In this document: in pieces, positions 20,556-30,432 of the stretch
Layout: each line of letters opens with the position of its first letter
Numbering within the stretch: position 1 is the first letter of the stretch
Source of the DNA: Escherichia phage UE-S1
Strand: one strand, 5' to 3'
Sequence record: ON568341.1
DNA length: 64,000 nucleotides
The notes under the pieces: model-generated
What the model was told of the DNA's origin: nothing
Seen by the model: the letters and a program-made list of their open reading frames with translations, nothing else
The model's database searches: none
Made by a program: the position numbers and the translations under genes

Positions 20556-22703
20556 ATGCTAAACATTACACGTATATCAATGAGGAACTTCTTTTCATTT
20601 GGGAACGCACCACAATCAATAGAATTGAATAGTTCTGATATTTCATTAGTTCTTGGGCAAAATAATGATGCAGTTATTGAAGGTGGTGATAGCACTGGAC
20701 GACGAAATGGAGTAGGGAAAAGTGCTATTATTCAAGGATTAGTTTTTGGCTTATTTGGGAAAAGTATTGGTAATGATATTAAAATTCCCAACCTAGTCAA
20801 CAAAACTAATGGCAAAAATTGTGAAGTAGTTATAGAGTTTGAAAAAGATGGTGTGCAATATATAGTTGAGCGTGGGAGAAGTCCTACGTATTTCAATTTT
20901 ATCACATTAGGAAAAGATAATAAGATTGAAGATGAATCGAGAGGTGAAAAAAAAGACACACAAGAAGATTTGAATGAAATTCTTGGAATATCTCAATTAT
21001 TATTTGAACATATTGTAGTTCTTAATGCGAACGTAGAACCGTTTTTGGCTTTATCATCTCAAAAACAACGTGATATGATAGAAGAACTTCTTGGAATAAC
21101 ACAGTTGACTGAAAAAGCTGAAATTCTAAAGGAGATGTACAAGGATACTAAACGTTTAGCCGAACAAGAAAAGTTCAAAAATGAAACTGTGGCTGCAAGC
21201 AATGAACGCATTCAAAAAAGTATTGAAGTACTTCAAGAACAGGCTAACCAATTTGAGATTGATAAAAGTAATAGAGTATCTAAGCTAAATGAAGAGTTGA
21301 ATATATATAAAACTTTAGATTTCAATGATCTCTACCAAGCTGCTGAAGAGAAAGAGAAAGCTCTTATTCATAACGCAAAGCGTGGTGAAATTGAACGCCG
21401 TGTACAAGAGTTGGCTTTAAAATATGATGCTTATGAACGTGAACTTGAAACGTCCAAGCGAGTGTTAAATCTAAGCATTGATAATTTAAAAACGATTGAT
21501 ATTAGTTCGGAATTGGAAAATCACAAGGAGTTGGAAATATGGAAACAGTTAGAGGCTATTCTTAAAGAGAATAATAATCAAAAACGTTTCAAAGAACAAA
21601 AGCTCAACTCACTAAAAGTTGCGTTGAATGGATATAAATGTTCAATTAATACTGAAATCGATAAATTATCAACAGTTGAAAGCAGTAAATGTCCACTTTG
21701 TATGTCTGATTTGGAACATAACGAACATACATCTTCAATTAAAGACAAAATTCAAAGTTCTATTAGTGATCTTCAAACCAAAATTGATAGTTCTTCTTCA
21801 GAAATTGAAACATTACTTAAAGAAATTGAGAGTATTGAGATTTTTGATATGCCACCTAAACCAGTGACATACTATAATACACTTTCAGAAGCACAAATGC
21901 ATGAACATAAGCTTCAAGAACTGATTAAAAAGAGCGAAGAAGAACCAATAAACATCTATGCTAACGAACTTATGTCATCATATGATGAACTTAACTCATA
22001 TGAACTAATGGAAGTACCAGATACATTAAACAAGTACGAAGTTAAAGAGCTAGAAATGACCGTAAGCTCGTTATCACAGCAATTAGAACGTGAATTGAAG
22101 ACTACTAACACTTTTATTAGCCAAATTAACACCCTTAAGACAGATTCTTTAGTTACAATAGACTATAGTGACTATAATAATCTTGATAAAATGTCAAATC
22201 ACCAAGATTTTTTGGTTAAATTACTATTGAACAAGGATTCTTATGTCCGTAAGCGTATTATTGAGCAAAATATCTCATATTTGAATACACGACTTCAGTA
22301 TTATATCGATATGTGCGGTTCTGAGCACAATGTTGTCTTTTTGAATGATTTGAGTGTTGAAATTGAGAAAAGTGGGCAGTACTTTGACTATAAACAGCTT
22401 AGTAGGGGTGAGCGTACAAGGGTAAACATCGCATTATCTTGTGCTTTCCGTGATACATATGAGTCATTATACCAAAGTATTAATATTCTTATCATTGATG
22501 AGATGATTGACCAAGGTCTTGACTCAAGTGGTGTTCTACGTGTGTGGTCTATCTTCCAAGATATGGCTGCTGTACGTGGTAAGAATGTTTATGCTATTTC
22601 CCACAGAGAAGAGTTACTTTCTAAGACTGAAAAAATCCTCAAAGTTGTTAAAGAGGACGGATTCAGTACTGTTGAATATGCAACTCTTGATGATGTTTTC
22701 TAA
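20556..22703 (+). CDS. gp46: Recombination endonuclease subunit gp46 (Rad50/SbcC-like ATPase)
   Basis: Walker A GRRNGVGKS near the N-terminus, long central coiled-coil, C-terminal LIIDEMIDQGLD. Confidence 0.85.
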   Translation: MLNITRISMRNFFSFGNAPQSIELNSSDISLVLGQNNDAVIEGGDSTGRRNGVGKSAIIQGLVFGLFGKSIGNDIKIPNLVNKTNGKNCEVVIEFEKDGVQYIVERGRSPTYFNFITLGKDNKIEDESRGEKKDTQEDLNEILGISQLLFEHIVVLNANVEPFLALSSQKQRDMIEELLGITQLTEKAEILKEMYKDTKRLAEQEKFKNETVAASNERIQKSIEVLQEQANQFEIDKSNRVSKLNEELNIYKTLDFNDLYQAAEEKEKALIHNAKRGEIERRVQELALKYDAYERELETSKRVLNLSIDNLKTIDISSELENHKELEIWKQLEAILKENNNQKRFKEQKLNSLKVALNGYKCSINTEIDKLSTVESSKCPLCMSDLEHNEHTSSIKDKIQSSISDLQTKIDSSSSEIETLLKEIESIEIFDMPPKPVTYYNTLSEAQMHEHKLQELIKKSEEEPINIYANELMSSYDELNSYELMEVPDTLNKYEVKELEMTVSSLSQQLERELKTTNTFISQINTLKTDSLVTIDYSDYNNLDKMSNHQDFLVKLLLNKDSYVRKRIIEQNISYLNTRLQYYIDMCGSEHNVVFLNDLSVEIEKSGQYFDYKQLSRGERTRVNIALSCAFRDTYESLYQSINILIIDEMIDQGLDSSGVLRVWSIFQDMAAVRGKNVYAISHREELLSKTEKILKVVKEDGFSTVEYATLDDVF

Positions 22704-22713
22704 TTAAAAGATA

Positions 22714-22738
22714 AAGGGAGCCTTAGCTCCCTTTTTTT
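22714..22738 (+). terminator. Bidirectional rho-independent terminator
   Basis: AAGGGAGC-ctta-GCTCCCTT followed by TTTTTT. Overlaps the stop of the convergent minus-strand gene. Confidence 0.6.
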
Positions 22739-23214
22739 ACATCAACCATATTTAATTTACCGTCCTTAATCAGCTTTCTAGCTTGTTTTGCACGAGTAGT
22801 AGTGTTACTGCCAGGGACAACTCCGAACCCTTCCAGAATCTCGTTTTGCTGCGTTGCTGGGAGCCTTTTAAATTTATTAGTATCCACTGTTAGTGCCGTG
22901 TGATGTATAACTTGCTCTTCTGGTGGAATATTATTGTTCTTTTCAAGGTAGTCAGCAAGGTTGCGTAGTACTTCATGCAATGGCTTATCTGTTAAATGAC
23001 TAAGACAGCGTTTAAATGAATTTGCAACCCTTCCTTCCCATCCATTCACCTCATTTTGAAGAACCTGTCTACAATGTTGATTTCCACCATGATAGTGATC
23101 CAGAACTGGTTTAGTTATTTTTATGCCTATGATGGGGTCAATGCCATTTTGTTTATTTAGCAATTCAGTTCGATAGTTTGCAGCATCCTTACTATCTTTT
23201 AATCTTTTTTTCAT
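22723..23214 (-). CDS. gp49: Endonuclease VII-like Holliday-junction resolvase (T4 gp49 family)
   Basis: LDHYH, KFKRLPATQQNEILEGFG and the overall pattern parallel T4 endo VII LDHDH and EFSRLGKEEMMAEMLQRGF. The first Cys pair of the T4 zinc site appears absent. Confidence 0.55.
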   Translation of the reverse strand: MKKRLKDSKDAANYRTELLNKQNGIDPIIGIKITKPVLDHYHGGNQHCRQVLQNEVNGWEGRVANSFKRCLSHLTDKPLHEVLRNLADYLEKNNNIPPEEQVIHHTALTVDTNKFKRLPATQQNEILEGFGVVPGSNTTTRAKQARKLIKDGKLNMVDVKKGS

Positions 23215-23305
23215 AATTCCTCACCAAACTATTTGTCATCACAATATTTATAGATTAGTTATTTGCAATATTTTAAGTACTTAATGAATATTTTATAAAA
23301 ATAGT

Positions 23306-23333
23306 GAGACAACTTTAAAATTTGTGCTATAAT
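23306..23333 (+). promoter_or_regulatory. Early sigma70-like promoter (GAGACA-N16-TGcTATAAT) driving a non-coding locus
   Basis: GAGACA at 23306-23311 and TGCTATAAT at 23325-23333. Same architecture as the promoters of gp55, gp32, primase, rnh and the clamp-like gene. Confidence 0.5.
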
Positions 23334-23339
23334 ATTTGT

Positions 23340-23810
23340 TGTAGTAATGACAATCCTGTTGAATGCAGAAATGCATATAAATGAGAACCTGATCCTATCG
23401 AAAATGTAGATGGCAGATGAGCAGTTCAACAGTGCGATGAGCAGAAGAAACCCGTCAGATGTGGGCATAGTTTGAACCCCTCACGGCAATGCGGCTCAAT
23501 AAAGAACTCCGATAAGCATACAGAGAGTTCCTAGATAGACATATAAGGATCGCACCTTACCAGATTTGCTAAGGGAGTTTATTAAGTGATTTTAATAAAC
23601 AGCCTGAAGTTTGATTGTATAGACTTTCAGGTGAGTGTCAGGATGATTAAGACTGACGACCGTTGCATATGACCGTGATAGGGAGAAACCGAGCAACCCG
23701 CTTCCGTTTGCGATTGATCTTTTTACAATATAGATCCGTCCAAAATTCACGATACAATAAATGCTGAAACCATCAGCGTCAAGAAATAGAGACTTCATTG
23801 TCTCTTTTTT
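23340..23810 (+). ncRNA. Candidate structured non-coding RNA (about 470 nt), unknown class
   Basis: Bounded by a promoter and a terminator. No plus-strand ORF of 60 aa or more. Locally GC-enriched with several short stem-loops. No RBS-led ORF. Confidence 0.3.
23788..23810 (+). terminator. Rho-independent terminator closing the non-coding locus
   Basis: AGAGAC-ttcatt-GTCTCT followed by TTTTT. Confidence 0.45.
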
Positions 23811-24040
23811 ATTGTCTTCATTCCCCTGCGGGGGGATGAAAATGTCCTCAACAAATCCCGTCAAGTATTAAATCTTTTAAAGTTCTTTATAATTAATTTA
23901 ATGAAATGAATATGAGTTACGTAGTAACGAATATTCTTCAGCTAACGAATGAAATGAGTTAGATGAATCCAATAATATTAAAATTAATTCTTCCATAATT
24001 CAATTCAAATAATTCTGTAGTTTAATGAAAAAAAAAACCA

Positions 24041-24067
24041 GCAACAATGTGCTGGTCGTGTGGGATT
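24041..24067 (-). terminator. Rho-independent terminator of the minus-strand late operon
   Basis: On the minus strand: CCAGCA-cattgt-TGCTGG followed by TTTTTTTTT. Confidence 0.6.
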
Positions 24068-24276
24068 TAGTGCTTCTCGTTTTGTTTTTTAATTTTTTTA
24101 TTAAAAGACTTAACTAATAAGTCTCTATCTATTAATGGCATATTAAGAAGTGTTCCGTAATCAATATTATCCATATACACAGAACACTCCATTAGTGCAT
24201 TTTTGATTTCTGACTTATTCAGTTCTATCTCCTTCAGTACTTCTTGTATTTCTTCAGGAGATGACTGGAGAAGCAT
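24067..24276 (-). CDS. Small hypothetical protein (69 aa)
   Basis: ORF abutting the upstream 278-aa gene (stop and start overlap), followed by a terminator. Confidence 0.45.
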   Translation of the reverse strand: MLLQSSPEEIQEVLKEIELNKSEIKNALMECSVYMDNIDYGTLLNMPLIDRDLLVKSFNKKIKKQNEKH

Positions 24277-25112
24277 TACTCGAAAAAATGACTAGGATCA
24301 TATTTTAGTCCATCAATTTCCCATTGATGATTACATCCATCACACTCAACTTCCATACTATGCGATACTCCAATTTCAAGTACTTCATCCATTTTTTCAC
24401 GAATTAGTTTAAGAACTCCTTTTGATTGTTGTCCAAGCCACTCATTAATGAATTCTTTTTCAACTACTTCATCACCATCTGGAGTGATGATTTTTGCAAT
24501 AACTCCACCAATCATATCAAAGTTTAGTTGTGCCATATTTTCAAATACTTCAGAAAATATTTTTACTTTTTCGTCTTGTTCAATCTCAGCAGTTTCTAGA
24601 AACTTAGTTTTCTGCTGCTCACTGAACATACGCTCAGCAAACGATGAATATTCTTTCCATGTTAGTGGTCTAAACTCTAAACGTAGTCCATTATCTAAAT
24701 CAATAGATGGGATTTCTTCGAATGCTTGTGCAGTTTCAAGAAGATATGATAGATTACGTTCAAAACGACCTTCTTTTTCACATTCAGGACATACAGCGTT
24801 AATATCATATGTTTCTTCTTTAGATGCAACTTTAATAGCAATAAGAAGCATTTCAACGTCATTTACATATAACTCATCAGCATCAATAACATTAGGAACA
24901 CAGTTTTCAATGACACGTGATACTGCATCGCCGTTTAGTAACATATCTGGTGTATTGAGTGTCATTTCATCACGTGCACTACGTGCACAAACGCCACATT
25001 TGACACCTTTTGGACCTAAAACTCCGTCTTTATAAGGAATAATGCCGTTAGTAACTAATTTTGTACTGATCTCTTCAATTTTAGTGTACTTAGCAAGTGG
25101 ATTCATAGCCAT
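24276..25112 (-). CDS. Late protein with three CxxC zinc-ribbon motifs, unknown function
   Basis: 278 aa. CGVCARS, CPECEKEG and CDGCNHQWE motifs. GGAG RBS. TATAAA-like late boxes in the divergent region. Confidence 0.7.
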   Translation of the reverse strand: MAMNPLAKYTKIEEISTKLVTNGIIPYKDGVLGPKGVKCGVCARSARDEMTLNTPDMLLNGDAVSRVIENCVPNVIDADELYVNDVEMLLIAIKVASKEETYDINAVCPECEKEGRFERNLSYLLETAQAFEEIPSIDLDNGLRLEFRPLTWKEYSSFAERMFSEQQKTKFLETAEIEQDEKVKIFSEVFENMAQLNFDMIGGVIAKIITPDGDEVVEKEFINEWLGQQSKGVLKLIREKMDEVLEIGVSHSMEVECDGCNHQWEIDGLKYDPSHFFE

Positions 25113-25203
25113 TTTTGTTAAATCTCCATGTAATAAATGTGTTTATAGTATTTATGACCCCAATAAAAATTAAATAAACCATTTTTTATAATCACAATAG
25201 TTT

Positions 25204-25211
25204 TATAAATA
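25204..25211 (+). promoter_or_regulatory. T4-type late promoter TATAAATA
   Basis: Exact TATAAATA 33 nt upstream of the start at 25244. Confidence 0.55.
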
Positions 25212-25243
25212 TTTCTATAATACATTTATTAAAAGGGAATGTT

Positions 25244-27448
25244 ATGGCTGGAAATACAAGTGATTACCTACTCCAGCAGTTGGTTAATCAAACTAAAGAT
25301 AACAACGATAGTTTGAGTGCTATACGTGAGTTATTGGCTGAAAATATAAAAAATGACAGAAAGAAGTCTGGTTCTAAAAGTGGAAAACGCAATAGTAGCA
25401 ATTCATCAAGTACTGGAAATCGTGGTTCACGAACTAGTAACAAGAGTGCTGATGGTAAAGAATTTGGTAAAATATTCAAATCATTATCATCGGAAGTATC
25501 AAATGTTGGTAAAACTATGATGAGCACTTCTGCAAATGTTAGTAATGTTGTCAATTCAATGGGAATGAGTGCATCTTCATTTGCTGGAACATTGTCAATG
25601 ATTCCTGGTCCTGTTGGTGCAGCAGCAACTGCTTTTAAATTGGTCGCTGACGTTGGTATGGCAGTATATAATGTATTAAACGCACAACTTGAAGTTTATA
25701 ATAGAATAAACAGTGCTGGTGTTGCCCTATCTGAAGGTTATGGTTCCATATTAAAAGGTGCAGGTGCATCAATGATGAGTGTTGATGCATTTGGTGAAGC
25801 ATTACAAACACATAGTTCTGTTGTTGCACAATTGGATGGAGCATATGGTGATGGTGTTTCTACCTTTGGTAAATTATTGGGTACTGTACAACAGGCACAA
25901 AATCAATTAGGCTTATATGGAGTATCACAGAAAACATTAACTGATTTAACTGCACGTAATATTAAATTCCAAAAGCAATTTGGTGGAAGAGAAATGTTAC
26001 GTAGTATGGATCAAGCAAAAAGCACTGAACAGTTTATTATGAGCATGACTAAGTTCAGTAAAAGTATGGGTGAATCAGTTGATGCACTATTAAATAAAAC
26101 ACAAAACTTAGATAAATCATTAGACACACGTTCAATGCAAATAGCATTACAAAACTATTCTGGATTATCTGGTAAAGCAGCGGTTGAAACATCAAAAGCA
26201 TTTAACGAAGCTGCTGCAAGTATGGGTGATGCGGGTGCTGATTTTCTACGTTTGATTTCACATCGTTTGACGATTGGTGGTGTACCAGATGATTTATTGA
26301 CTCCAGTACTTAATCAATTCGCCGACTTAGGTGAGAACTTGGTACGTAGTGGCGTTACTGATTCACAAGAAATTCGTCGCCAGCAGATAGAATTTGTTAA
26401 AAAGAACAAAGAATTAATAAAGCAAGATTTATTACATCAGATTAATTTAGGAAACACTACTGCTGCAATCTTCAACCAACAACTGCTTGATATGGAAGCT
26501 GCGATAAACGATCCTAAGAGTCAACCAGCAGATAAACTAACACAATTCACTGATAGATTCAATAGATGGATTAGTAAAGAATTTTCTGCACCATTTAATA
26601 AAATGTACGCAGATACTCAAAATTCTATTGCCGATTACCTTACTGATATTGCTGATCGAACCGATGGTGCATGGGAGTTTATTGGTCAGTTAGCACTTGA
26701 TGGGTTTGGTTTAGTTCCAATTGCGAAAGATGCAGTTGCGTATTTGGATAGGATTGGTGGTGAGTTTGAGCAGTGGTTAGAAGGTTTAGGTACTGAAATT
26801 TTTGGTAGTGGATACAATAAAGTTTCAGAATCATTTAATAATTTCATGAATAACTTAATGGATTTACCTGGTAAATTATGGGATTCAGTCAAAGGTTGGT
26901 TTGGTGGTTCAAGTGATAAAGTAAAAGTTGATAATAACCCTGTTACTGATGGTGCTGAAAAAGTTAACAGCTACTTCGAAGAAAAAATGAATTCATTTGG
27001 TGATTATATTTCTAATTCATTTGATCATTTTTTAAAATGGAATTCAAGCAGGAACTTCAAACAGCCCAAACCATTAGATGAATCTGTAGCAGAAAAACTT
27101 ATTAGTAGTGGTCTTGAAAATAAACCAAGTGCAACTGCTAGAATAGAAAAATCTGAACATGTTGCACCTTATGTTACTATTACTCCTAAAACATTCGATA
27201 AATCAGCATGGGGTCCGAATGAACCACCGATTCAAGCACAACCTGACGATTATGAGTCAATGAAAGCGATGATAAATAATGGTAGTAGTATGGCAAATGC
27301 TAATAATAATGCCACAATTTCAGAAGACATGAAAGAATTACTTAAAAAACTTGCTGATGTTAACGAGCAATCCCTATCTGCTGTACAACAGACAAATAAC
27401 TATCTAAGAACTATCTCTGAAAACACTCAAGGTGAGAGAAACAGTTAA
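25244..27448 (+). CDS. Late virion-associated protein (734 aa), unknown function
   Basis: Late promoter. Immediately upstream of and co-oriented with the portal gene. Ser/Gly-rich low-complexity N-terminal region. Confidence 0.7.
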   Translation: MAGNTSDYLLQQLVNQTKDNNDSLSAIRELLAENIKNDRKKSGSKSGKRNSSNSSSTGNRGSRTSNKSADGKEFGKIFKSLSSEVSNVGKTMMSTSANVSNVVNSMGMSASSFAGTLSMIPGPVGAAATAFKLVADVGMAVYNVLNAQLEVYNRINSAGVALSEGYGSILKGAGASMMSVDAFGEALQTHSSVVAQLDGAYGDGVSTFGKLLGTVQQAQNQLGLYGVSQKTLTDLTARNIKFQKQFGGREMLRSMDQAKSTEQFIMSMTKFSKSMGESVDALLNKTQNLDKSLDTRSMQIALQNYSGLSGKAAVETSKAFNEAAASMGDAGADFLRLISHRLTIGGVPDDLLTPVLNQFADLGENLVRSGVTDSQEIRRQQIEFVKKNKELIKQDLLHQINLGNTTAAIFNQQLLDMEAAINDPKSQPADKLTQFTDRFNRWISKEFSAPFNKMYADTQNSIADYLTDIADRTDGAWEFIGQLALDGFGLVPIAKDAVAYLDRIGGEFEQWLEGLGTEIFGSGYNKVSESFNNFMNNLMDLPGKLWDSVKGWFGGSSDKVKVDNNPVTDGAEKVNSYFEEKMNSFGDYISNSFDHFLKWNSSRNFKQPKPLDESVAEKLISSGLENKPSATARIEKSEHVAPYVTITPKTFDKSAWGPNEPPIQAQPDDYESMKAMINNGSSMANANNNATISEDMKELLKKLADVNEQSLSAVQQTNNYLRTISENTQGERNS

Positions 27449-27459
27449 GGACGAAAATA

Positions 27460-29199
27460 ATGAGTTGGAAACGACATATGACAGTGGGAAGGTCAAAGCT
27501 ATCGACTATCCCAAATCAGTCCAATAATAGCAATAAATCAACAGGAACAAAAACCAATTTTGCTTCCTATCTTCCAGTTGTATATAATGGATTGGCAAAC
27601 CGTACTGAACGTTATAGTCAGTATGAGCAAATGGACCAAGACCCTGAAATTAGAACTGCATTGAATATCATTGCTGACTTTTGTACTCAAAGTACTGAAG
27701 ATTATGGTTTACCATATAAAATAAAATACAAAGATGATATTGGGGATACTGAAGTAACAACGATTGAAGATCGTTTAGATGCATGGACTGAACAAAATGA
27801 TTTTAAAACACGAATGTATGAGATTGTACGTGGTCTTTTGAAATATGGGGACCAGTTTTTTATCCGAGATCCAGAAACATTTGATTGGTATTGGGTGAGT
27901 CCAAAAAACGTCGAACAAGTATTTGTTAATGAAGCAACTGGGAAAACACCAGTAATTTATTACATACGTGATGTATCATTAAACTTAAAAGATAAAGTTT
28001 ATAGTAATCTACAAGTTGGATTCGATAAAACCGCTTATCCTGGTGCTATTCCTACAACAATGGGTGGTGGTGGTTCTGTCGCTGCTGGCGGTGCATCTGG
28101 ATTCACTAGTCAAGGTAATACTGCTGACCCTTTCAGCACTAATGGTCAATTAGATGTTATTCCTGTTGGTGCAGAACACGTAATCCATTTGACGCTAAAT
28201 ACTGGACAAGATGGAGTATGGCCTTTTGGTACTAGTATACTTGAGGATGTATTCAAAGTTTATAAACAAAAAGAACTTCTAGAAGATAGTATCATAATTT
28301 ATCGTGTACAACGTGCTCCAGAACGTCGTGTTTTTAAAATCGATGTTGGTGATATGCAAGCACATCAGGCAATGGCTTATGTGGAAAGATTTAAAAATGA
28401 AATTCATCAGCGTAGAATACCTTCAAACAAAGGTGGAAGTACTTCTTTAATGGATGCAGCATATAATCCTTTAAGTATATTAGAAGATTACTTTTTCCCA
28501 CAAACTTCTGAAGGTCGTGGTTCGGATGTTCAAACTTTACCAGGTGGTGATAACTTAGGGCAAATTGATGACTTACGCTACTTCAATAATAAATTGATAC
28601 GTGGTCTTCAAATACCAGCTTCCTATCTACCACAAGGTCCAGATGATGGTGGTGTTTCATTATTTGGTGATGGTGCAACACAAGCTATGGCAAGTGAATT
28701 ACGATTCAATAATCAATGTATGCGTTATCAGCGTTTAGTTGCGAAACATTTTGATGCTGAATTCAAAAGATTTATGGTAAAAAATGGATATAATATTAGT
28801 ACTTCATCATTTGAAGTCATTATGAATCCACCAATTAACTTAGCTTCTTATCGTAAAGCTGAATTGGATGCTAAATTAATTAATACATATCTACCTCTTA
28901 ATGATTTACCTTATATGGCTAAACAAACAATTCTTGAGAAAATGGGCTTTTCTAAAGCAGATATTGTTAAGAATGAACAAATGTGGTTACAAGAGAATCC
29001 ACAAGATGGTTCTCAACCTTCTAGTGGTGAAGAAGATTCTGCTGGATTACAGTCTGTTGGTATTGATGCACCAAATGACCCAGGTATGGATCTTGGTATT
29101 GACGGTGATGGTAATTTAGAAAGTGCTGATTCCGAATATCAAGAACAACAAAGTGGAAGTGATGGTTTCAATCCTAATAATTTAGGCAATTCTTTTTAA
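27460..29199 (+). CDS. gp20: Portal vertex protein gp20
   Basis: IIYRVQRAPERRVFKIDVGDM parallels T4 gp20 [21 protein letters not shown]. 579 aa. Heads the portal-protease-scaffold-capsid order. Confidence 0.9.
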   Translation: MSWKRHMTVGRSKLSTIPNQSNNSNKSTGTKTNFASYLPVVYNGLANRTERYSQYEQMDQDPEIRTALNIIADFCTQSTEDYGLPYKIKYKDDIGDTEVTTIEDRLDAWTEQNDFKTRMYEIVRGLLKYGDQFFIRDPETFDWYWVSPKNVEQVFVNEATGKTPVIYYIRDVSLNLKDKVYSNLQVGFDKTAYPGAIPTTMGGGGSVAAGGASGFTSQGNTADPFSTNGQLDVIPVGAEHVIHLTLNTGQDGVWPFGTSILEDVFKVYKQKELLEDSIIIYRVQRAPERRVFKIDVGDMQAHQAMAYVERFKNEIHQRRIPSNKGGSTSLMDAAYNPLSILEDYFFPQTSEGRGSDVQTLPGGDNLGQIDDLRYFNNKLIRGLQIPASYLPQGPDDGGVSLFGDGATQAMASELRFNNQCMRYQRLVAKHFDAEFKRFMVKNGYNISTSSFEVIMNPPINLASYRKAELDAKLINTYLPLNDLPYMAKQTILEKMGFSKADIVKNEQMWLQENPQDGSQPSSGEEDSAGLQSVGIDAPNDPGMDLGIDGDGNLESADSEYQEQQSGSDGFNPNNLGNSF

Positions 29200-29272
29200 A
29201 CATAAATAACAGTGTATAAGAATGAGGGTTTATATTAGCCCTCATTTATAATGCATATTTCAAGGAGATTGA

Positions 29273-29500
29273 ATGTTAAAGGACATCTTTGAATCTAGCA
29301 GTGATTCAATGTACGACCCTGAAGATGATCAGAACGTATATAAAATTACTGACTCCAGAAAACCAAAACTAACATTACAAGTATTAAATAACTTAAGAAA
29401 GTATCGTGAATTTAAAGCACATGAGGAACAACGCCGCAAAAATGTGGTTGCTGTTGTTTATGCATCTACCCCAACAGGTGATGATTCTGGATTAATGTAA
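29273..29500 (+). CDS. Small head-morphogenesis-cluster protein (positional analogue of T4 prohead core genes)
   Basis: 75-aa ORF between portal and prohead protease genes. Assignment by position only. Confidence 0.4.
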   Translation: MLKDIFESSSDSMYDPEDDQNVYKITDSRKPKLTLQVLNNLRKYREFKAHEEQRRKNVVAVVYASTPTGDDSGLM

Positions 29501-29550
29501 ATCAAAAATCGCACTTTTTTAAGCTTTTAAAAAAGGTGATTTTATTCAGT

Positions 29551-29604
29551 ACTAAATAATATCATACTTTATACGAATATAATATATCTATGGAGGATAT
29601 AATG
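29551..29604 (+). repeat. Conserved late-gene leader element, copy A
   Basis: actaaataatatcatactttatacgaatataatatatctatggaggatataATG is near-identical to the leader of the major capsid gene at 32297-32352. Confidence 0.6.
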
Positions 29605-30432
29605 GCGAATTTAAAACTACTACAAGAAGCAATTGCGGCGTTTGCAAATGGTGAACAAGATATTGCTGATAAAAAAATGCGTAAGTATTTTGTTGAGCAA
29701 GCACAAGAAATTAACAAGAAGCTAGAAGAAAGCATGGAAGATGAAGACGAGGAAGTTGAAGTCGAAGATGAAGAACAGCTTGACGAAGATTTTGATGTGC
29801 AACCAGATGCTGGTCTAAATGCTGAAATCGAATACACACTTGGTGAAGAAGATGAAAGTGCAGAAGATGAAGTTGAGTTTTCTGCTGATGCTGATGGTGA
29901 CGGTGAAGATGATGTTGATGTGGAAGTGAAGGCAGATGCTGATGTTCCTTCTGAAGATCAATGGGAATCAATTCAGGATGCTTTCCGTGGTTTACAACAA
30001 ATGTTTGATGAAATTGGTGATGGCGAAGTTGACCTAGATTCCGATGAAGAAGTTGAAGATAGTGAAGAAGAAGTCGGCGTTGACGGTGAAGACGAATTTG
30101 CTGACGTTGAATTCGGTGATGAAAAAATTGGTGAATCCTTCAAACTAGAAAAAGTTGCACCTGTCGACAAGAAAGAAAAAGCTGGTACTCATACTAAATC
30201 CCCAGTAGCACCTGAAGCAAAATCCCCAGTAGCAGGAGCAGAACCAGTTAAATTTGCAAAGAAAACTGATCAAGCACCACTAGTAGACCTAGATGATAAA
30301 TCTGTTCTACCAAAAGATAACCTTGATCTTGGTAAAAATGCTCGCGGTGAAATGAAAGATGTAAAAGCACCAAAAACTACTGCATCAAATTCTAAATCAC
30401 CACTAAGTAAAGCACAACCTAAAGTAAAATAA
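29602..30432 (+). CDS. Highly acidic prohead core / scaffold-like protein
   Basis: Start refined to ATG 29602 after a GGAGGA RBS. Extreme Asp/Glu-rich central region and Lys/Pro-rich tail. Lies between portal and protease genes. Confidence 0.6.
   Translation: MANLKLLQEAIAAFANGEQDIADKKMRKYFVEQAQEINKKLEESMEDEDEEVEVEDEEQLDEDFDVQPDAGLNAEIEYTLGEEDESAEDEVEFSADADGDGEDDVDVEVKADADVPSEDQWESIQDAFRGLQQMFDEIGDGEVDLDSDEEVEDSEEEVGVDGEDEFADVEFGDEKIGESFKLEKVAPVDKKEKAGTHTKSPVAPEAKSPVAGAEPVKFAKKTDQAPLVDLDDKSVLPKDNLDLGKNARGEMKDVKAPKTTASNSKSPLSKAQPKVK

Noticed and set aside
23340-23812. Group I or II intron, tmRNA or RNase P RNA assignment for the non-coding locus
   Set aside because: No flanking exon ORFs, and no group I P/Q/R/S-like or group II domain V-like sequence, tRNA-like T-loop (GTTCRANYC) or RNase P conserved blocks were seen by eye.
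23592-23864. 90-aa minus-strand ORF inside the non-coding locus
   Set aside because: No RBS, overlaps the plus-strand terminator hairpin, and the translation has no recognisable features. More likely a chance ORF in structured-RNA-like DNA.
24448-25035. 195-aa plus-strand ORF antisense to the 278-aa zinc-ribbon gene
   Set aside because: Ser-rich low-complexity translation lying entirely inside a better-supported minus-strand gene that has an RBS and late promoter.
29562-30170. Three minus-strand ORFs antisense to the acidic protein gene
   Set aside because: Ser- or His-rich translations produced by antisense reading of GAA/GAT-rich repeats.
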